From NCBI GenBank assembly GCA_963668025.2, contig CAXXTH010000017.1, positions 448,001 through 512,000 on the forward strand: a DNA stretch of 64,000 bases. Reading direction: 5' to 3'. This DNA is from Candidatus Hydrogenedentota bacterium (GTDB lineage: Bacteria; Hydrogenedentota; Hydrogenedentia; Hydrogenedentales; SLHB01). Every line of letters starts with the position of its first letter. The first letter of the stretch is position 1. Shown here one piece after another: positions 1-9,937 of the stretch. The notes below the pieces were generated by a model. That model did no database searches. It had not been told where the DNA came from and worked only from the letters and a program-made list of their open reading frames with translations. The translations under genes and the position numbers were made by a program.

Positions 1-251
1 ATAATGGAATAGCTTTGCTTATTGCGGCCCTTTGCCTGGCGGGCCAGATCGAGGTAGCGCTCGGCGGCGGCGCACTCGAACGGTTCGCGCGTGGATGCGC
101 CCGTGCGCCGCGCCTGGTCCACTGCGGCCATGGCCTGTTCGAGTTCGGTGCGTTTATCTCCAGCCGATTGCTTTCTTGGAGCCGTTTGGCAGCCCGCCAA
201 TACAAAAATGAGTGCAAGGGCAAAGAACACCAGACGCCAGCGCGGAATCAT
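1..251 (-). CDS. Lipoprotein, partial (runs off window start); possibly DUF4398/OmpA-associated helical domain
   Basis: Hand translation from ATG at 251: MIPRWRLVFFALALIFVLAG-CQTAPRKQ...ELEQAMAAVDQARRTGA; LAGC lipobox; GGAGGAG RBS upstream. Confidence 0.7.
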   Translation of the reverse strand, partial: MIPRWRLVFFALALIFVLAGCQTAPRKQSAGDKRTELEQAMAAVDQARRTGASTREPFECAAAERYLDLARQAKGRNKQSYSI

Positions 252-479
252 AGCGGCGCTCCTCCTTCCAGGTTACAGATTTCATGGATTAACTTGCCAG
301 AAATGCTCTTTATTTGGCAATTCGTGACACACCCCGGTGCCGCCACCTCCGCAGCCCTACAATGTACTATCCAACAGAACGTCCAATAGTTTCACGGGGC
401 GTCTGCTATTTATCGAAAAGGCCAGCCTCCGCGCATCATGGCGCGGAGGCTGGCCTATGCGGGCATATGCCGCCAATGC

Positions 480-1511
480 TTATTTGTACTTCGCCTTGAT
501 GCTCAAACCTTTTTTGGCGCTCTTGCAGGCGAGGTCAAGGATATGAATCGGGCGGCGCGCCCATTCCGGCGTAATGACCAGCTCTTCACCCTTGGCCAGG
601 TGATCGGCGACATTCTGATAGAAACGCCAGCCTTCCGAGGCCGGATTGCTGCCGTGCTGGATGTTTGCGCCTTCCGTGGTTTGAGTGATCAGTTCCCACG
701 CGCCATAGTCGAACAAGTAGGAACCTTTCGTACCCGTCACTTCCACCCATTTACGTTTGGGATTGGAATCAATGCTCGAAATTGTCAAAGCCAGCCATTT
801 GCCGTTCGTGAAACGCGCCACCGCGAAGCCTTCGTCTTCATTGGTGTCATTTTTCCACGCGGTTTGTTCGGCCCAATACCCGTTCTTCGCATAGCCAGAC
901 ACTTCGGCGAGATTGGAATCGATGATCTGGAGGCTATACTCGAGGAGGTGGACACCCCAATCGTATAGGACGCCGCCCGAGATGGATTTGCTCGTACGCC
1001 ACCAATCGCCCGGCTTCCCATAGCCGCTCATATGCGCTTCGATACGGACAACATCCCCGATGACGCCCGAGCGGATTTTTTCGACGGCCTTCATGATGCA
1101 GCCGTCCCAATGCCGGTTGTGGTACGTCGAGAGCATAACCTTATTTTTCTTTGCCGCGGTGATCATCGCATCACACTCTTCCGTGGTGATGGCGAGCGGC
1201 TTCTCACACACGACATGCTTGCCCACGTTAAGGCATTGAAGCGCCAGCTTGGCGTGGGTGTTATGCGGCGTGATGATCGTCACGAGGCTGGCATCCGACT
1301 TTTTCAGCATCGTGGCCACGCTCTTGAACGTTTGGATGCCGGGAAAATCCTGTTCCGCTGTTTCGAGGCGCTTTTCATCAAGGTCCGAAACAGCCACCGG
1401 CGTCATGCCCGCTTTCTTCATCTCATTGAGGTGGGCCCGGCCCATGTTGAATGCGCCGCCATATCCGATCACGCCAACTTTGATCTCTTCCGCTTTCTCG
1501 AATCGTTTCAT
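480..1511 (-). CDS. Gfo/Idh/MocA family oxidoreductase
   Basis: KVGVIGYG Rossmann motif, HVVCEKP, GGVLYDWGVH. Confidence 0.92.
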   Translation of the reverse strand: MKRFEKAEEIKVGVIGYGGAFNMGRAHLNEMKKAGMTPVAVSDLDEKRLETAEQDFPGIQTFKSVATMLKKSDASLVTIITPHNTHAKLALQCLNVGKHVVCEKPLAITTEECDAMITAAKKNKVMLSTYHNRHWDGCIMKAVEKIRSGVIGDVVRIEAHMSGYGKPGDWWRTSKSISGGVLYDWGVHLLEYSLQIIDSNLAEVSGYAKNGYWAEQTAWKNDTNEDEGFAVARFTNGKWLALTISSIDSNPKRKWVEVTGTKGSYLFDYGAWELITQTTEGANIQHGSNPASEGWRFYQNVADHLAKGEELVITPEWARRPIHILDLACKSAKKGLSIKAKYK

Positions 1512-1655
1512 GACTCATCTTCCCCTGGTTCTGTTCTGCTATTTCCGCACATGATGATAGCCCCTTCACCTAAGCATTACGGTACCCCTTTGAGGATCGA
1601 TGATCAAGGCAGTGGGCATTGCAGTAGCTGGGAGAACCTTGATACGATCATACTT

Positions 1656-3467
1656 ATGATTTATCTACGACTCTTGTTTTGCAAACCCAAAGTGATGGCT
1701 GTGTGCATACTCGCGCTCGCCCTGGCCGTGCATGGGCGCGTGCTGGTGGCGGGTTTGGTCAATTATGACGACGGTTTCTTCCTGGCGGACAACAGCCTGG
1801 TGCAACAGGGCCTTTCGCTGGATGGCGCGCGCCAAGCTTTCATGGAAGCCAGGGCGAGTTATATCCCGCTTACCACGCTCACGTATATGGCCACGTGCGA
1901 ATTCTTCGGAATGCATCCGTCAGCCCATCACGCCGTGAACTGGCTGCTCCATGGCCTCAACGCCGCCTTGCTGTTCCTCTGGCTTTACGGCGCGACGGGC
2001 CGCCGGTGGCCTAGCGCGCTCGCGGCAGCGCTGTTCGCTATCCACCCCGTTCATGTCGAACCGGTGGCTTGGATATCCAGCCGGAAGGATGTGTTAAGCA
2101 CATGCTTCTTGTTACTGGCGCTTCTCGCCTATACGCGCTATGCGCGTAAGCCGCGATTCTCCGCGTATCTGCTCATGGCTTTCCTTTATCTGTGCAGTCT
2201 TCTTTCGAAGCCCATGATGCTGTCTTTTCCATTCCTGCTGTTATTGCTCGATTATTGGCCCCTGAACCGCGCGGCGGCAGGCGGATGGATGTGGCGGCGG
2301 GCGGCATGGCTGGTGTTGGAAAAAGCGCCGCTGGCGGTGGTGGCGGCGGGCTGGGTGGCGCTGACATATTGGGCGCAGCGGGATGCGGGGGCCATGGGGG
2401 AGGCTATGCCTGTATTGGCCCGCATGGGCAATGGTTTGGCGGCATATGTGCGCTATATTGGATTGATGTGCTGGCCAGCCGGCCTCTCGCCGTTTTATCC
2501 GCATCTTGGGGCCAGCTTGCCAGCGGCATGGATAGGGGGGGCGGCGGCCCTTTTGGGCGCAACCACCGTGGCCTCGCTGCTTCTGGCCCGGCGATTCCCT
2601 TTTTTGCTGGTGGGCTGGTGTTGGTATCTGGCGGCGCTGCTGCCCGTCAGCGGCATTTTAGTGCAAGTGGGCGCCCAGTCCATGGCGCTCCGCTATTTGT
2701 ATGTGCCCGCGTTGGGATTGTATCTGGCGGCGGCGTGGGGAATAGCGGCCCTTGCGCGGCGCTCGCGCGGCGGGCGCATTGGCGTGGGGATTCTGCTGGC
2801 GGCGGCCATGCCTGTATTGGCTGCGCTCGCCTGGCAAAATACGGGGTATTGGAAGAACAGCGTGGCGCTGTGGAGCCACGCAGTAACGTTAGAGCCGGAC
2901 AATTACATGGCCCAGAACAGCCTGGGCGAAGCGCTTATCCAGGCCGGGCGGCCCGGCGAAGCCGTTCCGCATGTCAGGCGCGCCCTAGATGGCCAGCCGA
3001 AACTGCTGAACGCCAACAACAACATGGGCATGGCGCTGGCCGAATTGGGGCGGAGCCGTGAGGCGATTCCGTATTACCAGAAAGAGTTGGAATACAATCC
3101 CCGGCATGCGAAAGCGCTCAACAATCTCGGGAACGCCTGCCTCGGGATGGGCGATTCCGCAACCGCCGTGGCTTATTTCCGGCGCGCCTTGTCTATCGAA
3201 CCCGCGCTGTCGGACGCCCGGGTGAACATGGGCGCTGCGCTGGTTTTCCAAGGCGATTTCGATGGCGCCATCACCTGCCTGCGCCAAGCCATCCACGAGG
3301 TTCCGAATAACGCCATGGCGCGCACCAATTTGGCGGTTGCCTATCTTGGAAAGGGCATGCTTGCCGAAGCGGAGCATGAGGCGAAGGAAGCGCTGCGGCT
3401 CGAACCGTCCTATGAGAAAGCAAATGCGCTGCTGGCGCACCTTCGCGGCATGGCCGCCGCGCCTTAA
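1656..3467 (+). CDS. TMTC-like GT-C membrane glycosyltransferase with C-terminal TPR repeats
   Basis: NYDD acidic motif after TM1, HPVHVEPVAWISSRKD, multiple TM helices, TPR repeats; start moved from 1032 to ATG 1656 to avoid overlap with the oxidoreductase. Confidence 0.85.
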   Translation: MIYLRLLFCKPKVMAVCILALALAVHGRVLVAGLVNYDDGFFLADNSLVQQGLSLDGARQAFMEARASYIPLTTLTYMATCEFFGMHPSAHHAVNWLLHGLNAALLFLWLYGATGRRWPSALAAALFAIHPVHVEPVAWISSRKDVLSTCFLLLALLAYTRYARKPRFSAYLLMAFLYLCSLLSKPMMLSFPFLLLLLDYWPLNRAAAGGWMWRRAAWLVLEKAPLAVVAAGWVALTYWAQRDAGAMGEAMPVLARMGNGLAAYVRYIGLMCWPAGLSPFYPHLGASLPAAWIGGAAALLGATTVASLLLARRFPFLLVGWCWYLAALLPVSGILVQVGAQSMALRYLYVPALGLYLAAAWGIAALARRSRGGRIGVGILLAAAMPVLAALAWQNTGYWKNSVALWSHAVTLEPDNYMAQNSLGEALIQAGRPGEAVPHVRRALDGQPKLLNANNNMGMALAELGRSREAIPYYQKELEYNPRHAKALNNLGNACLGMGDSATAVAYFRRALSIEPALSDARVNMGAALVFQGDFDGAITCLRQAIHEVPNNAMARTNLAVAYLGKGMLAEAEHEAKEALRLEPSYEKANALLAHLRGMAAAP

Positions 3468-3471
3468 TCCG

Positions 3472-3624
3472 TCAGCCCGCTTTCTTGATTAGGTCGTTAA
3501 TCTCGGCGCGGATCTGCTTGGCCACATCCTTGCGCGTATTGTCCGGAATTTTATAGTGCTGCGTCTGTTCCAGCAGTTCGATGGTCCGCATGGCCACTTG
3601 GTGGGCGAAATCCTGCACTTTCAT
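3472..3624 (-). CDS. Small hypothetical protein (50 aa)
   Basis: MKVQDFAHQVAMRTIELLEQTQHYKIPDNTRKDVAKQIRAEINDLIKKAG*; AAGGA RBS; genome-like codon use; below the ORF track cutoff. Confidence 0.65.
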   Translation of the reverse strand: MKVQDFAHQVAMRTIELLEQTQHYKIPDNTRKDVAKQIRAEINDLIKKAG

Positions 3625-3641
3625 CTCGATATCCTTTTGGC

Positions 3642-3842
3642 CTACAGCTTGAACAGGCTCCCGTTGCTTTCAATGCGCAGCCGGATCGAGCGTTCTTCGC
3701 CTTGTTTGGTAATTCCTTCTATCTGAAGGCCCCACGAGTTATTTTCCAAGCGCTGGGCCAATAACCGGTTCACTTTGCGGAAATGCTCCATTTCCCGCGC
3801 ATGGCTGATACCCATTTGGATGATCTGGACTTCATTCATCAT
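3642..3842 (-). CDS. Small hypothetical protein (~66 aa)
   Basis: MMNEVQIIQMGISHAREMEHFRKVNRLL...SLFKL*; stop is 17 bp before the next small ORF; start uncertain (3842 or 3902). Confidence 0.55.
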   Translation of the reverse strand: MMNEVQIIQMGISHAREMEHFRKVNRLLAQRLENNSWGLQIEGITKQGEERSIRLRIESNGSLFKL

Positions 3843-4251
3843 CGAGCCGATTCCCAATCCGGACGCGCTGGCCGCATCCCACTTCGGAACGCCCGGCGGC
3901 ATGATGCGCTGTCATGCGCTTTTCCCCGCCGGACGAATGCTCCGAAAAATCACTGTCTGTATGGCCGCCCCGGCCCCACAAATTCCCAGCGGAGGCGATG
4001 CCTTAGCTTTCCTTATTCTACTGGCTTCCCTGAAAATGTCAAAAGCGCCTTTCTTGCCGCTGGGGCCGCGCCGAAGGAGCTGTTCCCTTATTTACCTTCG
4101 AAAAAGCTGGAGGGCCTTCTTTTTTGAAGAGATTGTATAGCTTGTCATAGGGTTAATTCTACCGTGAAGGCCCAAGCAGACGGAATGCGCGGATAGGTGA
4201 AACAAATGAGCCTTATGTGGAAAAACAAGTCCTGGCTAGCAAGCATCATTG

Positions 4252-4280
4252 TTGACACTATGGTATAAACTGAGTAACAT
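4252..4280 (+). promoter_or_regulatory. Sigma70-type promoter
   Basis: TTGACA-N17-TAACAT upstream of the small ORF at 4401. Confidence 0.7.
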
Positions 4281-4400
4281 AAAGCTCGCATCATACCGGG
4301 AATGTGTGGTGCAGATAGATGAGAACGGAATAAAAAAATTCCGCTCTCATAATATCTTGGGGATGTAACACAAGCAACACACTGCTAGAAGGAGAGAACA

Positions 4401-4526
4401 ATGGAAAAGGATATGGCAGGCTTTATTACGGATCCGAGCGACTTTCTTTTCTGGATTTGGTGGCTCTTTTTCCCGATCACCATTCCGGTAACGGTCATTT
4501 GGTGGCTGGTTGACTCCGTCTTCTAA
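4401..4526 (+). CDS. Small Trp/Phe-rich membrane peptide (41 aa)
   Basis: MEKDMAGFITDPSDFLFWIWWLFFPITIPVTVIWWLVDSVF*; AAGGAGAG RBS; own promoter. Confidence 0.6.
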   Translation: MEKDMAGFITDPSDFLFWIWWLFFPITIPVTVIWWLVDSVF

Positions 4527-4582
4527 GCCAATTACCCATTTTTTGAGGAGCAGGTGGAACGCAGCCGTTCCACCTGTTTTTT

Positions 4583-4986
4583 GTAATACTTTAGCCGCCT
4601 GAAGTAGCATCTTATATTTGGAGGCCTTGTTTATTCCTTTTCGCCGGCCTTGATTCGTCATTTTGCATCTGACGACCGGCGTCCTCGACGGTCATTCTTC
4701 ACCACTTGGCCAAAGTGTTACAAAAAATCTTGTTTCATCCTGTAAATCATAGCTAAAAAAACCGCCCTGCTCGGAGATTTACCTTCTTGGTTGTGTTGAG
4801 TCATTTTCAACGCAGAGGCGCGAAGAACGCAAAGTATCGCAGAGATCCACTTTTCTCTATTCTCGAATGTGCGAATAAGCGGTTCGAGAGTATTTTCTCT
4901 ACTCTGCGGCTCTCTGCATTCTCCGCGCCTCTGCGTTGATAATAACCGTCCGCCGGCCGTTCTTCACCACTGGGTTAAATTGTTAC
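4583..4986. mobile_element. Composite MITE (family A, GTAAYACTTTAGC termini)
   Basis: Left end GTAATACTTTAGCC, internal right end ...CAAAGTGTTAC (4721), outer right end ...TAAATTGTTAC (4986); 8-bp direct repeat TGTTTTTT at 4575-4582 and 4987-4994. Confidence 0.75.
4808..4950. repeat. Palindromic repeat with periodic CGCAGAG arms (family B)
   Basis: CAACGCAGAGGCGCGAAGAACGCAAAG ... CTCTGCATTCTCCGCGCCTCTGCGTTG; a second copy lies at ~34501-34636. Confidence 0.85.
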
Positions 4987-5050
4987 TGTTTTTTCATACG
5001 CCCGGCGGAGCGCGGGCATGAGTCCGCTCCGCCAAACCCGAAGCATATCG

Positions 5051-6517
5051 CTATGCCGCTTTGGAGCGGTTGCTTTCGTGTAAGCCAATCGTAATCCACA
5101 TGATGCGGGCCAGCGTGCGAAACGGCAAGGCGGGATTCATTAGCTCGACAGGACGCACCCGCACGGGAATGCTATCGCGCGCCACATAACTGCACGCCAC
5201 CGCCGCCCCGGCGCCGCCTACGGCGGAAATGAGAAAGCACAGCCTGAAACCCTGAATGCCCCAATACTCGATAGCGATCCCCACCAGTATCGGGACAATG
5301 AACGCTACTATGGAATTGACGATGGTCCATGTCGAGGTATAGGCCACCTTGCCATTCTCTTTCACGAAACTCAGCACCGCCCGGAAGCTCACGACAAAGA
5401 AAGCGGCGCCAAACATGGTCGCCAAAACGATGCATAGGGGAACCGCCCACATGAGCCACGGCGCGCCCGGCCATAACAAGAGGAAACAAAACGCCACCAG
5501 GCTGTGGCCGGTGAGGGTGTTGAATAAGGCGCGGCCGCTGCCGCTATGGTCCGCATACCGCCCCCAAAAGCGCACCGTCAATAAAACGCCTAAACTGCCC
5601 GCCGCTGTCATGTACATAATTTGCTCGGCGGGAAAGTGGAGCACATCGCGGAGATATAGAATAACGGCGGAGCCCAGCCACGAGAGGCAGCCTACGCACA
5701 GGCCCGAGGTCAGGAAAAACCGGCGAAATGGCTTATCCGTGATGGCGTCACGATAACCGGCAAAGCTTGCGAGGGCGCTCTCCGCCGTTTCGGGGCGTTT
5801 GCCGCCAGGAATGCGGCAGAGCCTATAGACGCTGGCCAGCCCCCCCACGACTCCTACGGCGTAAATGATCATATACGGGGTAAGGGTCTCCGAGTGGCGC
5901 AGCAGAAGGGCCTGGCCCAGAATAACCAGCACATTAATGATATGGGCTACGCCCGCTTCGGTGCTAAAATACGCGCCGCGCTGCCGTTCGGATACGATCT
6001 CATGCAGCCAAGGAAAGTAGCCGCCCGAGCCAAGCGCGCCTACGCAGGCAAACAGCAACGCTTCTCCCAGTAACAGCCCCCATTGGGCATGCACGCCCCA
6101 TGTGGCTCCCACCCAAGGCAGCAGAAGGACAACCGCGGCAATCACGGTCCGTGCGAGCCAAGCAGACATCATGAGCTGCTTCGAGCCATAACGGCTGACC
6201 AGCGGCACGGACAGCACCACCATCAGCCCCGCAAAGGCCGGGAATGAAATCAGCACGCCGACCCAGGCGGACGGCATGCCGATGCCGCGCGCCAGCAACA
6301 ACAACGCGGGCCCCAGCACGCACTGGTAGGCGGTCATATTGAAAACGACAAACCACATGACCTTGCGCGGGCCGGGTTCGAGTTCGCGCACGCTGCCTAT
6401 CAAGGGGATTAATCGTTCGGTTCGTTCAAGTAACGTATGCTGTTTTCGGCTTGCAGCGCCCGCCAGGCGCTCTCTAGGTGCCATACCGCCTCTTGCTTGT
6501 CCCGTATTGCAGCGCAT
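5051..6517 (-). CDS. MFS transporter
   Basis: About 12 hydrophobic segments, SRYGSK and WGRYADHSGSGR loop motifs; start may be 6484. Confidence 0.8.
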   Translation of the reverse strand: MRCNTGQARGGMAPRERLAGAASRKQHTLLERTERLIPLIGSVRELEPGPRKVMWFVVFNMTAYQCVLGPALLLLARGIGMPSAWVGVLISFPAFAGLMVVLSVPLVSRYGSKQLMMSAWLARTVIAAVVLLLPWVGATWGVHAQWGLLLGEALLFACVGALGSGGYFPWLHEIVSERQRGAYFSTEAGVAHIINVLVILGQALLLRHSETLTPYMIIYAVGVVGGLASVYRLCRIPGGKRPETAESALASFAGYRDAITDKPFRRFFLTSGLCVGCLSWLGSAVILYLRDVLHFPAEQIMYMTAAGSLGVLLTVRFWGRYADHSGSGRALFNTLTGHSLVAFCFLLLWPGAPWLMWAVPLCIVLATMFGAAFFVVSFRAVLSFVKENGKVAYTSTWTIVNSIVAFIVPILVGIAIEYWGIQGFRLCFLISAVGGAGAAVACSYVARDSIPVRVRPVELMNPALPFRTLARIMWITIGLHESNRSKAA

Positions 6518-7027
6518 CCGTTGCGTTCATTGTTTTTGGAAACGCATCACGCGATGCGCCCCGGCCAGCCTCATTGGTATGTATTAAGAAACGTAACATT
6601 CCTCGATAGTGATTATATGCCTTCTTTAATACGGAACTGCGGCGGCGGCATTAAGACTACCGAATGGGCCGTCTCGAACGTTTGTTTCTTACTCTAATAC
6701 TCAGTGGCGTTTTATTTGTTCCATGGAATAGGGCGGCTTGCCGGAATTCCGTGAATTGAGGCGAGGTTATAGCACGTTAGTGGATGGCCGGGCAACGAAA
6801 TAGCCAATACTTTTTTTTGGCAGGATAACGCTTGCCTCACCATTCAAGGCGGCAGGCAATGTGAAGCAGAGCAAAGACCCCTCCATTAATCCATTTTCAG
6901 AGCCAATGCGCCCGGCCCGCATCCAGGCAACGGGCAGCCGGTTAGCACGACAAAACGGGCTAACTGGGATAGGGCTCCGGGCATGGCGGCCGAAGCCTAT
7001 TCAATAGCTGCTATTACATTATATGCG

Positions 7028-7330
7028 TTACACAATGGTAAATAGCGTATGCAAATTTAGCTCCATAAAGAGCTGGCGGATGGCCGTCGAGGGATTCTCG
7101 ATGCGAATGGAGCCGCCATTAATGGCGAGGTCTTTATAAAAGAGTAATAATTTGCCAATGCCGGCGCTTCCGATGTGCGAGACATTGCTGAAATCGAGCA
7201 CGACTTCTTTTGTTTGAGTAAGATCCAGGGAGCGGAAATGCTCCTTGAGCTGGGCCGCTCCGGATTCATCAATGTGGCCTGAGATCACAAACTGGGCGCA
7301 TGTCCCTGTCGTGCTTAGCTTGAGGTCCAT
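7028..7330 (-). CDS. STAS domain anti-sigma factor antagonist
   Basis: VVLDFSNVSHIGSAGIG motif with phospho-acceptor Ser; GGAGAG RBS. Confidence 0.9.
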   Translation of the reverse strand: MDLKLSTTGTCAQFVISGHIDESGAAQLKEHFRSLDLTQTKEVVLDFSNVSHIGSAGIGKLLLFYKDLAINGGSIRIENPSTAIRQLFMELNLHTLFTIV

Positions 7331-7353
7331 GGAACTCTCCCTTCTAGGTTGTC

Positions 7354-9078
7354 CTATTCCCATAGATTCAGCGGCCGTTTGAGGCGCCGGCCGCTGGCGC
7401 TTGCACTATACCGGCCGAAAGACGCCACCATGTGGTTTCCCCGGCCATACCAGCTCACGTCATCCGCGAACAGGCGCATCATGAATATGCCGCGCCCCGA
7501 TTCTTTAACGACATTTTCGGGCAATGTGGGATCGGGTGCCTGTTCAAATTGGAATCCGGAGCCTTCATCCACGATTTCAAACCGAAAATCATTGCCGCAC
7601 CACCAGCGCAGGGCAATGGCCCGCTCGGGATTCGATTCATTGCCATGGCGCCAGGCGTTCAGCGCTGCTTCATCGAGCGCCATGCGCAGCCTGCTGGAGT
7701 CGATAGCCATTCCCCATCGAGCGGCGTCTTGGAGCATCCGTTCCACGGTTTCTTGGAGGAGGCTCCCAAAATGGCATTCGTCTGCTGGATGCCAAATACA
7801 CTCTTGCTGGTCCATGGGCTGTTCGAACTCGAAACCGGCAATGGTCACATCGTCCGGTGACGTATTGGCTCCGCCAGGGGCCACCTCGAGCCCACAATTC
7901 CGGGCAATCTCCGCAAGCACTATCCGCATAATAACACATATCGGGATTTGATGATCGCCAGCGAGCCGTTCGATCTGTTTCTTCAAGTCATTGGTCGTAA
8001 TGGCCGGATGGCCGGACGCAATGGGCATTTCCACCAGCCCATCGGTATAGAGCAACACTTGATCGCCCGGTTCGAGGACAATCGAGCGGGCGGTATAATT
8101 CACCTCGGGCAGCGCGCCCAGGGGAAGGTTGCGCCCACCTTCTGGCGTTCCGGGCAACGCGATGGCGCTGCCGCCTCGGATCAGGATGCAAGGAGGATGG
8201 CCAGCGGAAGCATAACGCATTTCCCGTGTTTCGTGGTCGATATCGAGCACGATAGCCGTGAAGAAATCTTCTTCTAGAAACGCGTCCGAGGCGTATATGG
8301 CGTGGTTCAATGCGCCGAGTGCTTGTTCAATGCCTCGATGGGCGTCGCGCAGGAGGGCGTTATGGAAAAGGTCGGTAATGATGCTGCGCAGGATGCAGCT
8401 CACTTCGTGGCCCGATTGGTCTTTGAGGGCCATGATCGTTCTTTTATGGCCCGTGCCGGGCTCCCGTATCGTGCGGGCAAAAAAATGGTCGCCTCCTTCC
8501 GCATAACAGGGCATGGACAGCGCCTCCAGGAACAGCGCGCTTTTGGAGTCCAGTTCGATGTAGCGCGGCGTAGCGCCATTTACGAGGTGCAACACGCGCT
8601 TCGCAAGATCGATGCTCACTTCCTGGCGCTTTTGGATTCGTTCACGCTCCGCTACTTCGGCTTTGAGCTGGGTATTGATGGCGAGAATAAGATCCCGGCT
8701 GCGTTTGAGCTCGATGTGGGTGCGGACGCGGGCCAGAAGCTCCGCGGAATTGAAGGGCTTGGAGACATAATCGACCGCCCCAAGCTGGATGCCGCGCACG
8801 ACATCGCGCTTATCGCTCAATCCCGTGAGAAAAATAATGGGCACGTCCCGGGTGGCGTCTTTTTGTTTCAGCCGCTGGCATACCTCGAAGCCGTCCATTT
8901 CCGGCATCATGACATCAAGCAGCACCAGTTCCGGGATGCGGCGCAGGACTTGTTCGAGGGCTTCCTGGCCGCTGGCGGCCAGGACCGTCTCATAACCGGC
9001 TTCGGCCAGTTCATCGGCCAATAATGTCCGGCTCACGGGGTCGTCATCAACGATCAAGATAGCCCCGATGTTTTCCAT
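7354..9078 (-). CDS. Receiver + PP2C (SpoIIE) phosphatase + RsbW-type HATPase kinase fusion (HsbR/CrsR-like)
   Basis: ILIVDD/LLDVMMP receiver; GGDHF, DQSGH, YTDGL, DDVT PP2C motifs; EAALNAWRHG, DEGSGF, SGRGIFMM kinase motifs. Confidence 0.88.
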   Translation of the reverse strand: MENIGAILIVDDDPVSRTLLADELAEAGYETVLAASGQEALEQVLRRIPELVLLDVMMPEMDGFEVCQRLKQKDATRDVPIIFLTGLSDKRDVVRGIQLGAVDYVSKPFNSAELLARVRTHIELKRSRDLILAINTQLKAEVAERERIQKRQEVSIDLAKRVLHLVNGATPRYIELDSKSALFLEALSMPCYAEGGDHFFARTIREPGTGHKRTIMALKDQSGHEVSCILRSIITDLFHNALLRDAHRGIEQALGALNHAIYASDAFLEEDFFTAIVLDIDHETREMRYASAGHPPCILIRGGSAIALPGTPEGGRNLPLGALPEVNYTARSIVLEPGDQVLLYTDGLVEMPIASGHPAITTNDLKKQIERLAGDHQIPICVIMRIVLAEIARNCGLEVAPGGANTSPDDVTIAGFEFEQPMDQQECIWHPADECHFGSLLQETVERMLQDAARWGMAIDSSRLRMALDEAALNAWRHGNESNPERAIALRWWCGNDFRFEIVDEGSGFQFEQAPDPTLPENVVKESGRGIFMMRLFADDVSWYGRGNHMVASFGRYSASASGRRLKRPLNLWE

Positions 9079-9161
9079 ATTGCCTGTTTCCACCGCATAG
9101 GCCTCCCGTGGAAGCATCTGTTTTAAATGGAGCCGCATGCCCTCGTATGGCGAGGCATGTA

Positions 9162-9869
9162 TTATTCGTGGTCAGGTTCAAAACGGTAGCCTTTTCCCCA
9201 GACGGTGACGATGCGTTTGGGATTTGCAGGCGATTCCTCGATTTTTTTACGCAAGCGGCCGATATGGACATCCACCAGGCGTTCATCTCCCATGAAATGG
9301 TAATCCCATGCCTGGTTGATGAGCTGGGTGCGCCGGAATACCTGGCCCGGCCGCTGGGCCAAGGTCAGCAATATATCAAATTCGATGGGGGTAAGCTCGA
9401 CTTCTTGCTCGTCCTTCCAGACACGGCACGCCGCCACATCGATGCGCAAACCTTCAAAGATGAGTTCATTTTCCACGGGAACGGCGGGCTTTGCGCGGCG
9501 CAAGATGGCTTTGACCCTCGCCACAAGCTCCGAGTTATTGAATGGCTTCGTAATATAATCGTCCGCGCCCAGTTCGAGCGCGGACACCTTGACGTAGCTG
9601 AGCGAGGTGACCGTGAGCATGAGCACGCAAACGCTGGAATGCTCGCGCAGGCGTTTCAGCACCTCGATTCCATCCATCGCGGCTCCATCAGCGGGCGAAA
9701 GCTGGATATCCAGGATGATCAACTCCGGATTCTGGCTTCGGGCTATTTCTAGGGCATGAGCGCCCGTTGCCGCCTCCGATACGGCGTATCCTTCCCGCTC
9801 GAGGAGCGGGCGGATCTGCTCGCGAACGCCTTGATCATCATCCACCACCAGTATGCGATGCTCGTCCAT
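9162..9869 (-). CDS. OmpR/PhoB family response regulator
   Basis: ILVVDDD, GADDYITKPF, VDVHIGRLRKKIE, TVWGKGY. Confidence 0.95.
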   Translation of the reverse strand: MDEHRILVVDDDQGVREQIRPLLEREGYAVSEAATGAHALEIARSQNPELIILDIQLSPADGAAMDGIEVLKRLREHSSVCVLMLTVTSLSYVKVSALELGADDYITKPFNNSELVARVKAILRRAKPAVPVENELIFEGLRIDVAACRVWKDEQEVELTPIEFDILLTLAQRPGQVFRRTQLINQAWDYHFMGDERLVDVHIGRLRKKIEESPANPKRIVTVWGKGYRFEPDHE

Positions 9870-9937
9870 GGCGTTCCCTCCTCCACTCCCCGCCTGCCCG
9901 TGCCTGGCGCTTATGACGAATGATGCGCGAAAATAGT

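Noticed and set aside
1032-1655. N-terminal extension of the 811-aa ORF
   Set aside because: Overlaps the antisense strand of the oxidoreductase; paralogs begin near 1656
4347-4661. ORFs 4347-4661(-) and 52329-52934(+) sharing KAxKYxMLLQxAKVL
   Set aside because: The similarity comes from translating MITE family A ends, not from real proteins
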